Origin: Isurus oxyrinchus
Lineage: Eukaryota
Length of the DNA stretch: 64,000 nt
Direction of reading: 5' to 3'
Assembly: GCA_026770705.1 (NCBI GenBank)
Contig: JANJGN010000015.1
Coordinates: 103,044,001 to 103,108,000, forward strand
Shown here: positions 51,454-64,000 of the stretch, one piece after another
How positions within the stretch are numbered: the first letter of the stretch is position 1
Layout of the letters: the number at the start of each line of letters is the position of its first letter
The notes under the pieces: model-generated
Database searches by the model: none
Told to the model about the DNA's origin: nothing
What the model saw: the letters and a program-made list of their open reading frames with translations, nothing else
Translations under genes and position numbers: made by a program

Positions 51454-51899
51454 TGTATCTATTTGCCACATCTCTGTGTCCAGTCAATATGTTGCAACTT
51501 AAAAAGACCAAAAATATTTTCAAGGTTCCAAATTTCATATAGAAATCATCAAGGTATAAATGTTTGGTGCATTTGCATTCAGCTTCTGGTTGATAGCAGT
51601 ATAGCAAATTAAATTAGTGATATGGAAAATACATGTCAGAAAACTAAGGCTTAAATGTTACAATGTTTTGCAACACCACCATGAAACAAACCAGAATCCT
51701 ACTTGGGAACTGGAAATTGTAGCTTGGTGTTGTGGCTTTAAATTTTCAAAATATATATTATGCAACACTTCCATTTGTAAACAGTAGGCATTTTACCAGA
51801 CACCAAATTCCAGAAATGCGAAGTTTCGACTCCTACTCCCCCAAACCAAAACTGCCAGATACTGTACGAGTTAGCACCCACTTCCTTTTAAGTGTCAGT

Positions 51900-53480
51900 T
51901 ATTTCCTGTCTCACCCAGAAATACTGATCCTCCCGTTCAGGGTGGGCAACGCCATGGAAGAACCGAAAAGACAGATGCATGTTTTTATAATTAAGTGAAA
52001 AATTATTTCGAAAGTTTCGTCTGTAATGTATGGTTGCAACACAAGGCGGTATAACCAACCAAGATGGGACAACACTGATCAACTTAATTAAAATCTATGT
52101 TTTAATATCGCTGACCGTGAAATCCGCAAGCAGTAATATGCCACCCTTTCCACAAACATTTCAGTGAATGCTGCTATCTGATTTATTTATTTGAACCCAC
52201 TCTAAACACAAACGTTGCTATCTGTTTACAGGCCAGTGTACACTTTGAAAAGTCAAGGACGTTTAAACAAGAGGCTGGACTTTTGGGAAAATGCCGAAAG
52301 GAGCAGCTTAACACGTTTCCCTCAATGACGAGCTGAACTGGCCACATGGACACACCTTGTGGCTGCCTTCCAAGCTCTCTAATGCTGCAATCTCGCAGCC
52401 GACTGGCGGTGCAATGCTGTAAAATGGCGGGACACATCACAGGGATCGAACGGACCCATGTAATGGCGGGAGACAGAGGCAAAAAAAGGCTTGAAATAAT
52501 GTCAGCCGCCGAGTAAATCAATGAGGCTAACAAAAAAGACTTGCCAGATTTCGAATAAACTGCACAATTCGGTGCTAAACTGTAATCTAATTTTCCCAAA
52601 GTAATCTTCTGTTGCTAATACTGCACGATTTTCATTATTTCAAGGACATCAGCCCTAGTAGGGTTCTCATTGGACGCAGTCATCAATTAACTTACCTTTC
52701 AGAAATTGGGCAGCTCGAGCAGGGATATCACATGATCCACTGGGAGTGTAGCAGGATTTCAATGCGGTATGTCCTAATTTGTAGATTTCTCTCTACGTAA
52801 ATATAAATCAAAATGGTTCTTCCCCATTTCTGAAAATAGACAAGTATCTTAGGTTTCCTACCGTTATCCAATACGAATGTTTTGTACAATGATCTCCGTA
52901 AATGCGATTTTGTGTATTTTAATTAATTTGTGTTGGGATTAGCATGGCGTTCGCACGTGGATTGAGCTGCCTGATTTCTTCTGGGCAAATCTCTTGAGAG
53001 AAGCGAATGCTACATTTTTACACAATACATAATATACACTACAGAGCCAAAACAATTCTGGTTTTGTGTATGTCCGCGCTCCGCTGCAATCGCTGACCCA
53101 AAACCTTTTCTAACGCAGTCAAATAGCCCAAACAATTGACGGTTCAATTTTTGCAACGAAAAAAGATTGAAAGGAAACCCTGCCCGAAGTATGGTAGAAT
53201 TTTATTGCTATACTCGGCTGGCTTCACCTGCCGACACAGCCGATCCAAACTATAATTTTTTGGGGGGGCGGTTAAGTGGGATGTCAAAATGACAACTACA
53301 CCAGCCTATGATAGCAATTTAATCTGTGAAATGCGTGTGTATATAATATAATCATACGTGGATGACTATACTTCAAAACGATAAACACGATATTTCTTTT
53401 AAATACAGACGCAGAATGGAGACGGTTGCGGTTATCCACAACCTCTAAGCACTACCAGTGGAGCGAATAGGTACAGCTCC
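51900..53480. promoter_or_regulatory. CpG-enriched, TE-poor promoter- or enhancer-like region in intron 1
   Basis: CpG density is visibly far above the flanks. Two AATGGCGGGA (YY1/E2F-like) motifs at 52423 and 52462, ATTGG at ~52669, CACGTG at 52954, GC box at ~53265. Confidence 0.55.
52696..52829 (-). other. Candidate 134-nt non-coding or poison exon in SPEN intron 1
   Basis: Branch-like cctaa plus tacttgtctattttcag|AAATGG acceptor; perfect AAG|gtaagt donor; no open frame into exon 2. Confidence 0.5.
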
Positions 53481-54084
53481 ACAGTGATCATATTTGTAAC
53501 GCAATCACTGCTCAACAGTACAGCATATTTTAAGGCTCCAGTGTTTTCTTCCTTAAAACAGAAAGGCCTGGTAATATTTTACTTCAAAATAGAAACCAGT
53601 ATAATCTCGGTTTTAGAAAAACTCAATTATAATTTGTACATTTTACAAACAGCCCTTAAGCATGTTTCTGGTTGTGAACACATTCGTTTGTCCAAATTAA
53701 ATCGATTTTGTCAAGTGAGGTTGGGTCAAAAAACTAGTGTAGTATACTGTTTAACTCTGGAACGGTTTAAATGGAAAGCATAAACTTTAAGGCATGGTCG
53801 TTAAACAACCTGCAGGATCCCTTAGTACACAAACAACAATATTCACAAATACAAATATTCACTTCTACTAATGTATAATAATAGCACCAGAGGTCTGGCA
53901 AGCTTTGCATGGATTGCTGCTTAAAGAATCATAGAAGCACACTCAAGTGCAGTTATAAAAATGTCTTTTTTAGTTAAATACCATGAACTGGATATTATCC
54001 ACAAAATACTCTCAAAGTTAGTCCCTGAAGCCATCATAGCAAACATCTGAAGTCCATGAAATTTGCCTAAAGCTCATCTCATAG

Positions 54085-54470
54085 TCAAAAAAGGAAACTG
54101 AACAATTCCAATGAACTAACATAAGTTAGCTTATTATCAGTGATAGGAAAAATAATGGAACCATTCAAAGATGCAGCAGGAAAATATCTAGAAAATGAAA
54201 ATACAAGAATAGTCAACAGATTTCAAAAGGGAATTCCATTCTTGATTAACCTAATTGATTTCTTTGAAGTAGTAACAGGAAAAAGTAGACAAGGGTAATG
54301 CAGGGATTTAATATATATAGACTTTTAAAATGCCTTCAATAAGAGCATAAGATTAGAGAATGAGTCAAGGAACAAATCACTGAATGGATAGCAAACTGGC
54401 TATAAAACAAAGAGAGAATTAAAGTTTAAGGTAGTTACTCAGACTGGGGAGAAATGGGAAGTAATGATCC
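54085..54470 (+). mobile_element. Degraded CR1 RT fragment
   Basis: Decayed SQ..F.KG.S.LINLIDFFE.VT...DKG and YIDF..AF.K motifs. Confidence 0.65.
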
Positions 54471-57400
54471 AAAAAAGAACAATCCTCATGGTCATCAATA
54501 ATCTAGCCCGAAGCATTAACAAAGCTACATCAACTACCATCTTTCACAAGCAGGATGGCTTGAGTCACATGCACCGCAGTCATCTTAATTATGCCTTATA
54601 CTATACAACATTGCTCGAGGCTAAATAAAGACAGACTGAAGTTGGGATCTTGTTGCAAGTTTCAGCAATGTCACCGTCCTGTTGCTTAGCAACCTGCAGA
54701 TATTTCAGATTTAAAATGTTTGTTTTGCTCTTTACAATTCATTTTTAAACTACATATCTATAATATTAAATATCTTACATTTGACACTTACTGTCAACTT
54801 TTTCCAGACATTTTAAGTGACCAGACTTCATAAGTACTTCATTTGGATGTGAAAGGCTTTGGGAATATTGAGTTGGCGAAAGGAACCATACAAGCATATT
54901 ATTTTTCTTTATAAATGTGGACATAAGAGTATGTCATGTAAACTGCCCATGTGAAATTATTACTCCTTAATTAGACCCTCACACCAGTGGAGGTACTATG
55001 TGTATCCAATATATTAAAATAATTAGTGATCTAAAGATTCTAAAAATGCTGCACCAGTAGGTGGGGCTGTCAACATAACATCACTAAACACATCAATATC
55101 AAAGTGAACTGGCCTAAGATTACATAATAGCACAAACATGCATAAGTTTCAGTTTTCAAAAAGAACAAAGAGAAATGACAGGGTCTGCTGCCATAGAGAA
55201 AATGTCAAACAGGAGCCATGAACAAGTTGCCTGTCGAGGCAGGGATCAGAACGGAAGCTGAAAATGGAAAATTTCAAAGCACAGGAAACTCTTGAGCATG
55301 AAAGATACCGCAGCAGAGACTGTACAGAAATGGCAGAAAAAAACTGACGAGCCATGGTCATGTGATGAACATGAAGAGCCTGCCCCTCCCCTACTAAGCA
55401 AGACAATGGACCCTTTCTGCCACTCCCCCATCCCTGCTGAGCTCATTATTGGATTGCCCTATTATATTGGCAGTGAACTCACCCTTCATCCACTTGAGAT
55501 GCTTTATATCTGGCCTTATTTATTTTGTCTGAATTGCTGTTCACCAATGCTTCTGTTAATCTCTAGACTGATGTCTAGTAATTTTTTAAATTATATTTTG
55601 TCCTTCCTGCCTGTTGAATATTGCCATTTGGCAATATCCTTTATCCTCATATCAATACCAAGTTGAACTCGAACTTGTTCAAAATACCAACATCTCTTAA
55701 AGAACACCAAAATGAAAAGATACAGCACCATTGAACAACTGTGCTACTCCAAATACTGAACCATATTTCTCTTCTCCTTTCTGCTAAAAATATTTGCAGT
55801 TTCCCTTACTCATCTAAAAGCAGAGGCAGCCAGGGCATTCAAGCAACAGCAGCAATTTAAGCATTATCAAATGAATTCTCTCATGGCTCATTCCCACCCC
55901 AAGTGTTGCTTGCTGCCAACCAAACCTCTTCCCAAAAGAGATGGCAAACCATGACTGTGCGCTCAAGCAGAATGTTTACCAGTTCCATTAAATGTACAAA
56001 ATCTGTTCTACAATCACCGCATTTACTTTCTCCTTTCTTCCATTATTGAAAATGCTGACCATGTCAGAGTATATACTCCTGGAACCCTTTATTACCACCC
56101 CACAGTAGACATAATTGTGTGAAAACTCAAGACGGTGAGTATTAGCTTTATATTCAATCACAACTAATATATAATTCTATCCTAACTGTACATTCACATG
56201 CAAACACTTGATGATAGTTACTGAATAGAAATCAAACAGGAACTGATTTTCCCAATCCTAGTCAGAAACCAATTGTAGCACCCCAACTGCTGGTCCGGTT
56301 GAGATTAACTAATTCAACCTGACCAGAAATAAAATCTGTTGTAAAAGCAAAAAAGTAGTAAAATCTGTTTTGTTCCGTCACACCCTTATTCCACCAACTG
56401 AGCCATCACAGGAACTACTTAGCATTTTTAAATAGCCTAAAGGTTGTGAAAAGTTGCATAATTATTGTGACAGAGCAAATACATATAACAAACTAAGTAG
56501 GACACAGGGTTAATTGCATGATTATTAAAAAAATGTTCTAAAACTTTACACACAACCTCATTAATAATACCCTTATTATTTAAAGAAGTTGCAGATCATG
56601 GATTACGCTTGTTTTTAATAAAAGGATACCTGTAATATTTATACATAGTATTTTCCATCCTAAGATTATTTTTAGTAAGTTTATAAATCAAGATTATCTA
56701 GGAACATAGATTACTTTGGTATCCTTTGATGTTACAGCAAATGTATCACAGGATACACTAACTGTTTTGAATTCAGATTCCAAAACAACCAATATTACAA
56801 TGTCCAGCAGTGGTCAGTTGAATAGATTGCAGGATCTTAGAATGTTCCTTATAGTACATCTATTTCACTTTTTTTGATCAACCCTCTGTTACATCAAAGA
56901 ACTAAAATTAGGTTAGTTAGACACAACTTCCCAACAACAAATCCATCCAGAATGCCCCTTATTAACCCACGCTTCTCCTTGTTAATTTGTGTAAACTATT
57001 GAGTTGCAAAATTAATCAGAGACATTCAGAACCAGAATGAACAAATAACTGAGGTTTCAGTTTTTCTAGTTGTGATATAGCTCCATTTTCAATGCATTTG
57101 AAACATTAAATGCTTCAAAGTGGGTTTATCTTAAATATACTGAAACACTCTAAATACTACCAACTTGCAGTTTTGTTTGCATGACACACTATTTACATTA
57201 TATTCAGGTGGTTACATTCACTAGTGGCATCTTTGTTGAATATTACTCCATGATTTTTAATGTAGTATAACATGCTGAGTTAAACAGATCAAGTGAAAGA
57301 ATACAAATCTACTAAAGGTTATCTAGTTAAGATATCTGCAGGATAAAGTTACCCAAGTACTAACCAAGAACACCACAAATATTAGTCAACCTACAAAATA

Positions 57401-57623
57401 TTGTTTTTAAAAATTGCAGGTTAAGATTTTTTCTTAAACACAACCATTCTGCTTTCAAAGAAGCTGTATGTTTTACATAATCTGCTCATAAAGTTGAATG
57501 GCCCAAAGAGGCTAAATCCCCTTTGTGCACTAATCTGCTTGCTGGATTTTGAGATTTAATGTTACAATGTCAAATGCATCTCAGAATAGCAGATTGTAGC
57601 ATAAAACACATTTTTAAAAAATG

Positions 57624-57713
57624 TGTTAACTGTTTCTTCAGATACTGTCAGACCTGAGTATTTCCAGCATTTTCTGTTTTAATTTCAGATTTCCAGCATC
57701 CACAGTATTCTGC
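57624..57713 (+). mobile_element. pLTR 3' tip fragment
   Basis: gttaactgtttcttcagatactgtcagacctgagtatttccagcattttctgttttaatttcagatttccagcatc, same family as 22448 and 36115. Confidence 0.65.
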
Positions 57714-57863
57714 AGTAGTAATTTTTTATTACTTTCAATTTAAATATTAAGCGCATCTGAGACAGAAAACTGCGAATTTACTAAAAGCACAAGATCAGCA
57801 TGAACACACTGGGAAAAGTTGGCAATGAACTAATGACTCTTCATAATATGGAAGGGAGGTATT

Positions 57864-58140
57864 CTGGCGCAATGGGTAGCATTGCTGCCTCTGAGTCAGA
57901 AACTTCTGCATCTCACCTCAAGGACTCAGTGGTCAAGGAAGGTGCATTCATAGTGCAGCCAGACAGGTTGATTATCAACCTGCAAATCCTTCCAACACAA
58001 GCCAATGGCAGGTGGTAAGTGCGGGAAAGATTCCTGGTCAGCCATGCGATGGAAAGAAAGTTGGAGCTGCTCTCATCACTATCCATAGCTCCAGACTACA
58101 ACATGCATCTAAAAGTCCGAGTTTCCACAACAACTTGGGA
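57864..58140 (+). mobile_element. tRNA-headed SINE, family not identified
   Basis: Head ggcgcaatgggtagcattgctgcctctgagtcagaa followed by a distinct body with internal hairpin caggttgattatcaacctg. Confidence 0.5.
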
Positions 58141-58179
58141 CTCTGTGAGTGAACTGTAACACAACATCATAATAAGGAC

Positions 58180-58530
58180 AATTGCGCTGACAAGGGGCAA
58201 GTAACATTCACCCCACATAAATACCAACTGATGGCCATCCCTAACAAGACACCAAGTCCTTCTACTCTGCCTTGAGATTCAGTAGCATGATAGATCCCCA
58301 AATCTACCACCACTTGAGGATCACCACTGACCAGGAACTTAACTAGACAACCATGTAATACTAGTTACAAGAACAGGTCAGAAGCTGGGTATTCTGTGGC
58401 AAATGACTCACTTCCCAACTTTATAAAGCATTTCCAAAATTTACAAGGCACAAATCAAGAGTCTTGTAATATACTTTCCAGTCTGGATGAATGCAGCTGC
58501 ATCAACAGTCAAGAAACTCAACACATTTAG
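58180..58530 (+). mobile_element. Degraded fragment of the same LINE family
   Basis: gcaagtaacattca..ccacataaatacc and acaagaacaggtcagaagctgggtattctg...tacaaggcacaaatcaagag match 25620-25850. Confidence 0.65.
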
Positions 58531-58559
58531 ACTAAGTTAGGAGCCACAGTAAATTATAT

Positions 58560-59570
58560 TGATGGGAATAGGAAGTTGTAACAGTAAAGATAGACTATGT
58601 GAGTGGGCAAAACATACAGCAGGTGGAATTCAACATGGAGAGCTCATCCATTTTGGATCTGAGAACGACAAATCAGAGTATTTTCTTAATCATGACAGAC
58701 CAGCTGGGGTTTAGCTATCCCAGTAAAAAAAATCACTAAAACCTAGTGCACAGATACAAGTAGTAATCAAAAAGGTTAATGAAACATTGGCCTTTATCGA
58801 AGTAGAATTGGAATTCATAAGTGAGGAAGTGATGCTGCACTTGTGAAGTCATGGCCCATCTGGAGCACTGCATTCAGCTTTGGGCACCACACCTCAGGAA
58901 AAACATTGGTTGTTGGAGAGGGATGATGCAACAACACCTTACATTTATATGATGCTATAATATAACAAAACATCCCATGGCACTTCACAGGAGCATTACC
59001 AAACAAAATTTGACACCGAGCACCATAAGACAATATTAGGGAAGACAACAAAAGCTTTCTTGAAGAGGTAGGCTTCAAGGAACATCTTAAAGAAGGAAGA
59101 GTGGTAGAGAAGTTTAGGACCTAAGCAGCTGAAGGCAAGGTCCCCAACAGTGGAGCGATTAATGTACAAGAGACCAGATTGGAGGGACAGAGATGAGGGT
59201 CATTGGCATAGATTCACCAAAATGATTCCTGTGTTCAAAAAGTTAAATTATGATAACACGTTCTATAAAGCTGCATCATATTTTCTTGATTTTAGAAGCA
59301 GGCAGAATTATCTAATTGAGATGTTTAAAATGATAAAGTAATTCAATAGGGTAGATACAGAGAACAGCAGTCAAATGAATCATAGAATGGTTACAGTACA
59401 GAAAGAGGCCATTTGGCACGTCTTGTCCGTGCCAGCTCTCTGCAAGAGCAACTCAGCTAGACCCCTCCCCTGCCTTTTCCCTGCAAATTCTCTCTTCAGC
59501 TGCTTATCCAATTCCCTTTTGAAAGCCATGACTGAATCTGCCTCTCAGGCAGTGCATTTCAGACTCTAAC
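58560..59570. mobile_element. Nest of CR1 (+), L2-like 3' end (-, ~58930-59170) and CR1 tail (-, ~59378-59570)
   Basis: QVEFNME...HFG and HLEHCIQLWAPHLRKNI motifs. The interrupting segment resembles 30930-31200. Confidence 0.65.
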
Positions 59571-61342
59571 TGCAGAGTATATAAAATATGTTTTTCTAAT
59601 ATGTTTTATATGATCCATTTAAAAATGCAACGTTATCTGCACCATGCTGAGAATTTGATTAGGTATTTAAACGGACAAATCAGAAGATAAATATTCACTA
59701 TTAGGCTAAGCATAGGGGATTCTCAATTACCTGGGAGACTGGAAGTGAAAAAAATCTTTTACTAGTGTCCTGCTGTTGTGCCAAATGCTTTTGACTCAAG
59801 TTCCCAAACAATTTAGTAACCACAGGAACCATAATAATTCAACCATATACATAGGCAAGTAGAGCACAACCAGATTACAATTAGCAGAAAACGACATTTT
59901 TGTCTGTTGGGAATTGCTCAATACTTGAAATACCAAACATTTGCAGATATCCGGTTATCTTTTTCAGAATACATGGAATTTGGTTATTTACGCTGTGCAG
60001 CCATTAGCAATTTAGGCCTAATATCCAAAAGACTCATTAGTTAAAACAGCAGCTGCCATCTGAACTGATCTTCATGAAACAAGTTAAATCCATAAATTCG
60101 AAGCAACTGCACTACTATTCCACATCTACACTTTTATTTGTCAACTTTCAACATTTTAAAATGATGTTTCTCATCTGTGTGCATTTATTCAATAGGCAGA
60201 CCCAACATCAAAACACACTCATGACTGCATTGTTCAATCTGTCATCAGATAAGTATTGTATCCAACATCTCAATTATTTATATGCTCTATAAAAAGGGCC
60301 CGAGAAAAACAATGGTGTTTCAGTTACAAAGAGCAAGGTCTGATTCACTCAGGCTAAATTAATAACAATTCTTGTTCTTGCCCTATTTAAAATCTAACTA
60401 TTTTCATAATTGGAGAGAATATCAGACCCTTGACATGTATAAAAGGACACATGAAAAATCATTTTTCATTGTGTAAAACTAGCCAACTCTTTAAGTGTAG
60501 GATTAAAACCAGCGGTTTCTCATCATTGTTGCTAGTTATTTCTCATAAATGGTAAACAACAATATACTTATTCTAAATAGGCAGATAGCTTGCAAGAACC
60601 ATCCTTGAGAGAAATATGATTTGTATCAAATTGCATTCTGGCAACTTGCACGTCTCCAATTTTAATTGCTCCACCACTGACAGCCGTGCCTTCAACTGCC
60701 TAGACCCCAAATTTTACATACTTCCCTAGCCCGCCTTCCTCTTTTAAGACACTTCTTAAAACCTTTGCATTTACCAAGTGTTTGGTCACATACCCTAATA
60801 TCTCATCATGTGGCCCGGTGTCAAATTTTGTTTGATAATGCTCATGTGAAGCACTTTTAACTTATCCGAAATATTATTTTAAAAGTGCTTCTGAAATGCA
60901 AGTAGTTGTTTCACCCAGCGCCTCAAAGCACTGCGATACTGGACACGTCAATAATAACCAGGCCCTTTGACATGAATGTAACTGAAGGTGTTTTCTTATT
61001 CTGAGATTCCTAATACGTTGACAGATGTGTCCAAATTTGTCCTAAGTCAGTGCAAAAAAATGATCTTTTAGTCCTCCAATGCTTAAATTAGTGAATACAC
61101 TGCCCAATATAGAACTTATCCAAAAGATCCCAAGTTCATTCCATGGCTGATGTTGATCTCAGCCTGGTAGTACATTGGTCTCAATACATTTGAGCTGGGT
61201 GGAAGGTGTGCAGGAGAGAAGGTGAAACTGCTAGGATTCCCTATTCTAATTGCTATAGATGCTACCCTGTTTACAAAAGCAATGTGTGGACTTCAGACAA
61301 GGAGGGGCAGAATTTGACTAAGTTATGATGTCTTCCAATATA

Positions 61343-62326
61343 TGGGTCCCCTATTATTTGTCATTTATATAAACGACATAGATGACTATGTGGGGGGTAG
61401 GATTACTAAGTTTGCAGATGACACAAAGATTGGCCGGGTGGTTAACAGTGAGGTTGAGTGACTTGGGCTACAGGAAGATATAGACAGGATGGTCAAATGG
61501 ACAGATAAGTGGCAGATGGAATTTAACCCTGAAAAATGTGAGGTGATACACTTTGGAAGGAGTAATTTGACAAGGAAGCATTCCATGAACAGCATGACAC
61601 TAGGAAGTTCTGAGGAACAAAGGGGCCTTGGCGTATGTGTCCATAGATCTCTGAAAGCGGAGGGGCATGTAACTGGGGTGTTGAAAAAAGCATATGGGAC
61701 ACTTGCCTTTATCAATCGAGGCATAGATTACGAAGTAGGGAGGTCATGTTGGAGTTGTATAGAACCTTGGTGAGGCCACAGCTGGAGTACTGTGTGCAGT
61801 TCTGGTCGCCACATTATAGGAAGGATATGATTGCACTGGAGGGGGTGCAAAGGAGATTCACCAGGATGTTGCCTGGGATGAAACATTTAAGTTATGAAGA
61901 GAGATTGGATAGACTTTGGTTGTTTTCGTTGGAGTAGAGAAGACTGAGGGGCGACCTGATCAAGGTGTACAAGATTATGAGAGGCATGGACGGGGTGGAT
62001 AGGGAGCAGCTGTTCCCTTAGTTGAAGGGTCAGTCACGAGGGGGCACAAGTTTAAGGTGAGGGGTAGGAGGTTTAGGGGGGATGTGAGGAAAAACTTTTT
62101 TACCCAGAGGGTGGTGAGGTCTAGAACGCGCTGCCTGGGAGGGTGGTGGAGACGGGTTGCCTCACATCCTCTAAAAAGTACCTGGATGAGCACTTGGCAC
62201 GTCATAACATTCAAGGCTATGGGCCAAGTGCTGGTAAATGGGATTAGGTAGGTACGTCAGGTGTTTCTCACGTGTCAGTGCAGGCTCAATGGGCTGAAGG
62301 GCTTCTTCTGCACTGTGTGATTCTGT
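61343..62326 (+). mobile_element. CR1 (HER1-like) LINE, 5'-truncated, relatively young
   Basis: LFVIYIND.D....G.ITKFADDTKIG (RT catalytic region), KWQMEFNPEKCEVIHFG, LELYRTLVRPQLEYCVQFWSPHYRKD, FRGDVRKNFFTQRVV, plus CR1 3' UTR. Contains stops and frameshifts. Confidence 0.93.
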
Positions 62327-64000
62327 GAAAACAGCCTGCCAAAACTTAAAATCCAAGATCAAAAATGAAGATTGACCAATTAGGATGAGGTAGCAATCCA
62401 CCTCTGTAAGAAGAGGAATAAGCAAATTAAAGAGGTAAAATTCCTGATCAATATTTTGAGCATACATTCCTTTATCCTTAATTGCACTGTATTTGTTACA
62501 ATATATAACCAAAATGGAATTCTGTCAAATCCAGTGGATTAGGGAGGATTGTTTTAGTACACAAAAAATTATAGTGTACATAAAATTATCATAATCCTGC
62601 TCCTTGAAGATTAAAACACAATACTTGTTGTGTTGCCTTCATTCTTACTATTTGAGAAAAATACTCCAAAAGCTGAACTTTATTAAAAAAACTTTTCAGC
62701 CACAAAACAGCTGTAAACATTTTTCACTTAATAGAGGTAGTTCTCTACGATCATTAACAGAATGTTATCAAATAAAGAACTTGCATTTACACATTTGATG
62801 CCCCCTGGATGCCCAAAAGTGCTTCACAGCCAATGAATTACTACTTAAATATAGTCACCATTGTAAAGTAGGCCAACAACATCCCGGAAGCAGCAACACC
62901 ATAAACGACTAGTTAATCTGTTTGGTAATATTGGTACTGAGAACACCCTGCTTTTATTTTCCAAAAAATTACATCAATCATACAGAGAGGTCTTCAGTTT
63001 AACATATCAATAATCAATTGAGGTGACAATCCAAGTTGTTGTCTCAGGGTCTACAATGGGACTTGAATCCATCGAGTCAGTTGAATCCAGAGTCTGTGCT
63101 AAACACTATGACGGGGCCCCGACTCTAAGGGTTGCATACAATATAAATAATATAACATTTTAAATGCCTGAATTTTTCATGATGACTGGGAATAGATTAT
63201 TTGAATGTCAGCAAGAGTGGTGCTTTTGCATTCTGCTAGGAGATATTTCCCATGTATATGAAACCAGCAACTCTGTCACTCAGACATGGCAGCCCGGAGC
63301 AGCTGGCACCTTTGTTGCCTATTATGCCAATAAACTTCAACTGGTTGTTTGGAGCCAGCACATTTGGACAAAAGGGTCAGGGTTCATTATTCATCTTTTG
63401 ACTGTTAGCCATGCAATGCCAATGCCAAATTTGTCATTTCACTATCCTATGAATAGTTTCCTTGATTGTAGCACAACTGAAATATGCACAGGGATTAGAA
63501 ATACATATAAAATGACAGCGGATGCCAAATTAATTTTTATTGGCTCACATCTGGTGACCAAATGTTGCTAACGATCACTCTGAAAAAGTTAATGGCTGCT
63601 ATCACAGAGATGGAAAACATCCAATTTGAATCTGGCTTCAGTTTCAGTCAGGGTGTTGCTATGTAGCTACAATTTAAGACAAAAATGTCATTACGTTATA
63701 ATGAAACTATTTTCACAATCTATCTATGAATCTATTACTGTGTGCAATTGCTCCATTTATACAACTGGTTATCAGAAAGGCTGTCCCAATTATAATTTCT
63801 TTTTAAATAGCGTGTGCAACTTCCTTGGGGATGAGGGTGGAGAGGGTAAGGGAAGATAAGGTTTTACAAGCTTTGCAACAGAGGGTATAGGAAAGATGTG
63901 ACAGCTGCATTCCTGGTACTATTTGTGTCTATCCGCTTCTGATCTGATCCCATGAAGCCGAGACAAATTTGGCATGCAAAATTCGGTTTACAGATGTCAA

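Noticed and set aside
52183-52599. 138-aa minus-strand ORF in the CpG-rich region
   Set aside because: Non-ATG start, no recognisable domain and no splice context tying it to SPEN. Expected by chance in GC-richer sequence.
48180-64000. SPEN coding exon 1 (MVRETRHLWVGNLP...)
   Set aside because: No matching minus-strand sequence found. The GGGTGGGCAAC at ~51940 is on the wrong strand and lacks flanking similarity. Exon 1 is presumably beyond the window end.
1-64000. Prokaryotic-type systems (CRISPR array, operon, defence island)
   Set aside because: The sequence is a spliced vertebrate gene with interspersed repeats; no regularly spaced repeat-spacer array or long intronless ORFs were seen.

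Overview
Eukaryotic, AT-rich, repeat-rich vertebrate DNA. The repeat complement (HER1/CR1-type LINEs, Deu-domain SINE, Penelope-like elements) points to a shark or other cartilaginous fish; this is inference. The whole window lies inside the SPEN (SHARP/MINT, Msx2-interacting protein) gene on the minus strand. Coding exons 2-8 (RRM1 remainder, Arg/Ser-rich linker, RRM2, RRM3, start of RRM4) have canonical GT-AG sites and consistent phases. Exon 1 and exons 9 onward are not in the window. Almost all other ORFs in the track are spurious or TE remnants. The most interesting signals are: (i) a TE-free ~3 kb intron 2 with two candidate stop-inducing (poison) cassette exons, a CpG-retaining hairpin-rich block and a strand-biased GGAU cluster, suggesting an RNA-level SPEN autoregulatory module; (ii) a CpG-rich promoter-like island in intron 1 with a well-formed 134-nt non-coding exon; (iii) a ~295-bp near-perfect inverted repeat; and (iv) a Penelope-like element plus small palindromic derivatives with 13-15 bp TSDs and hammerhead-ribozyme-like motifs.
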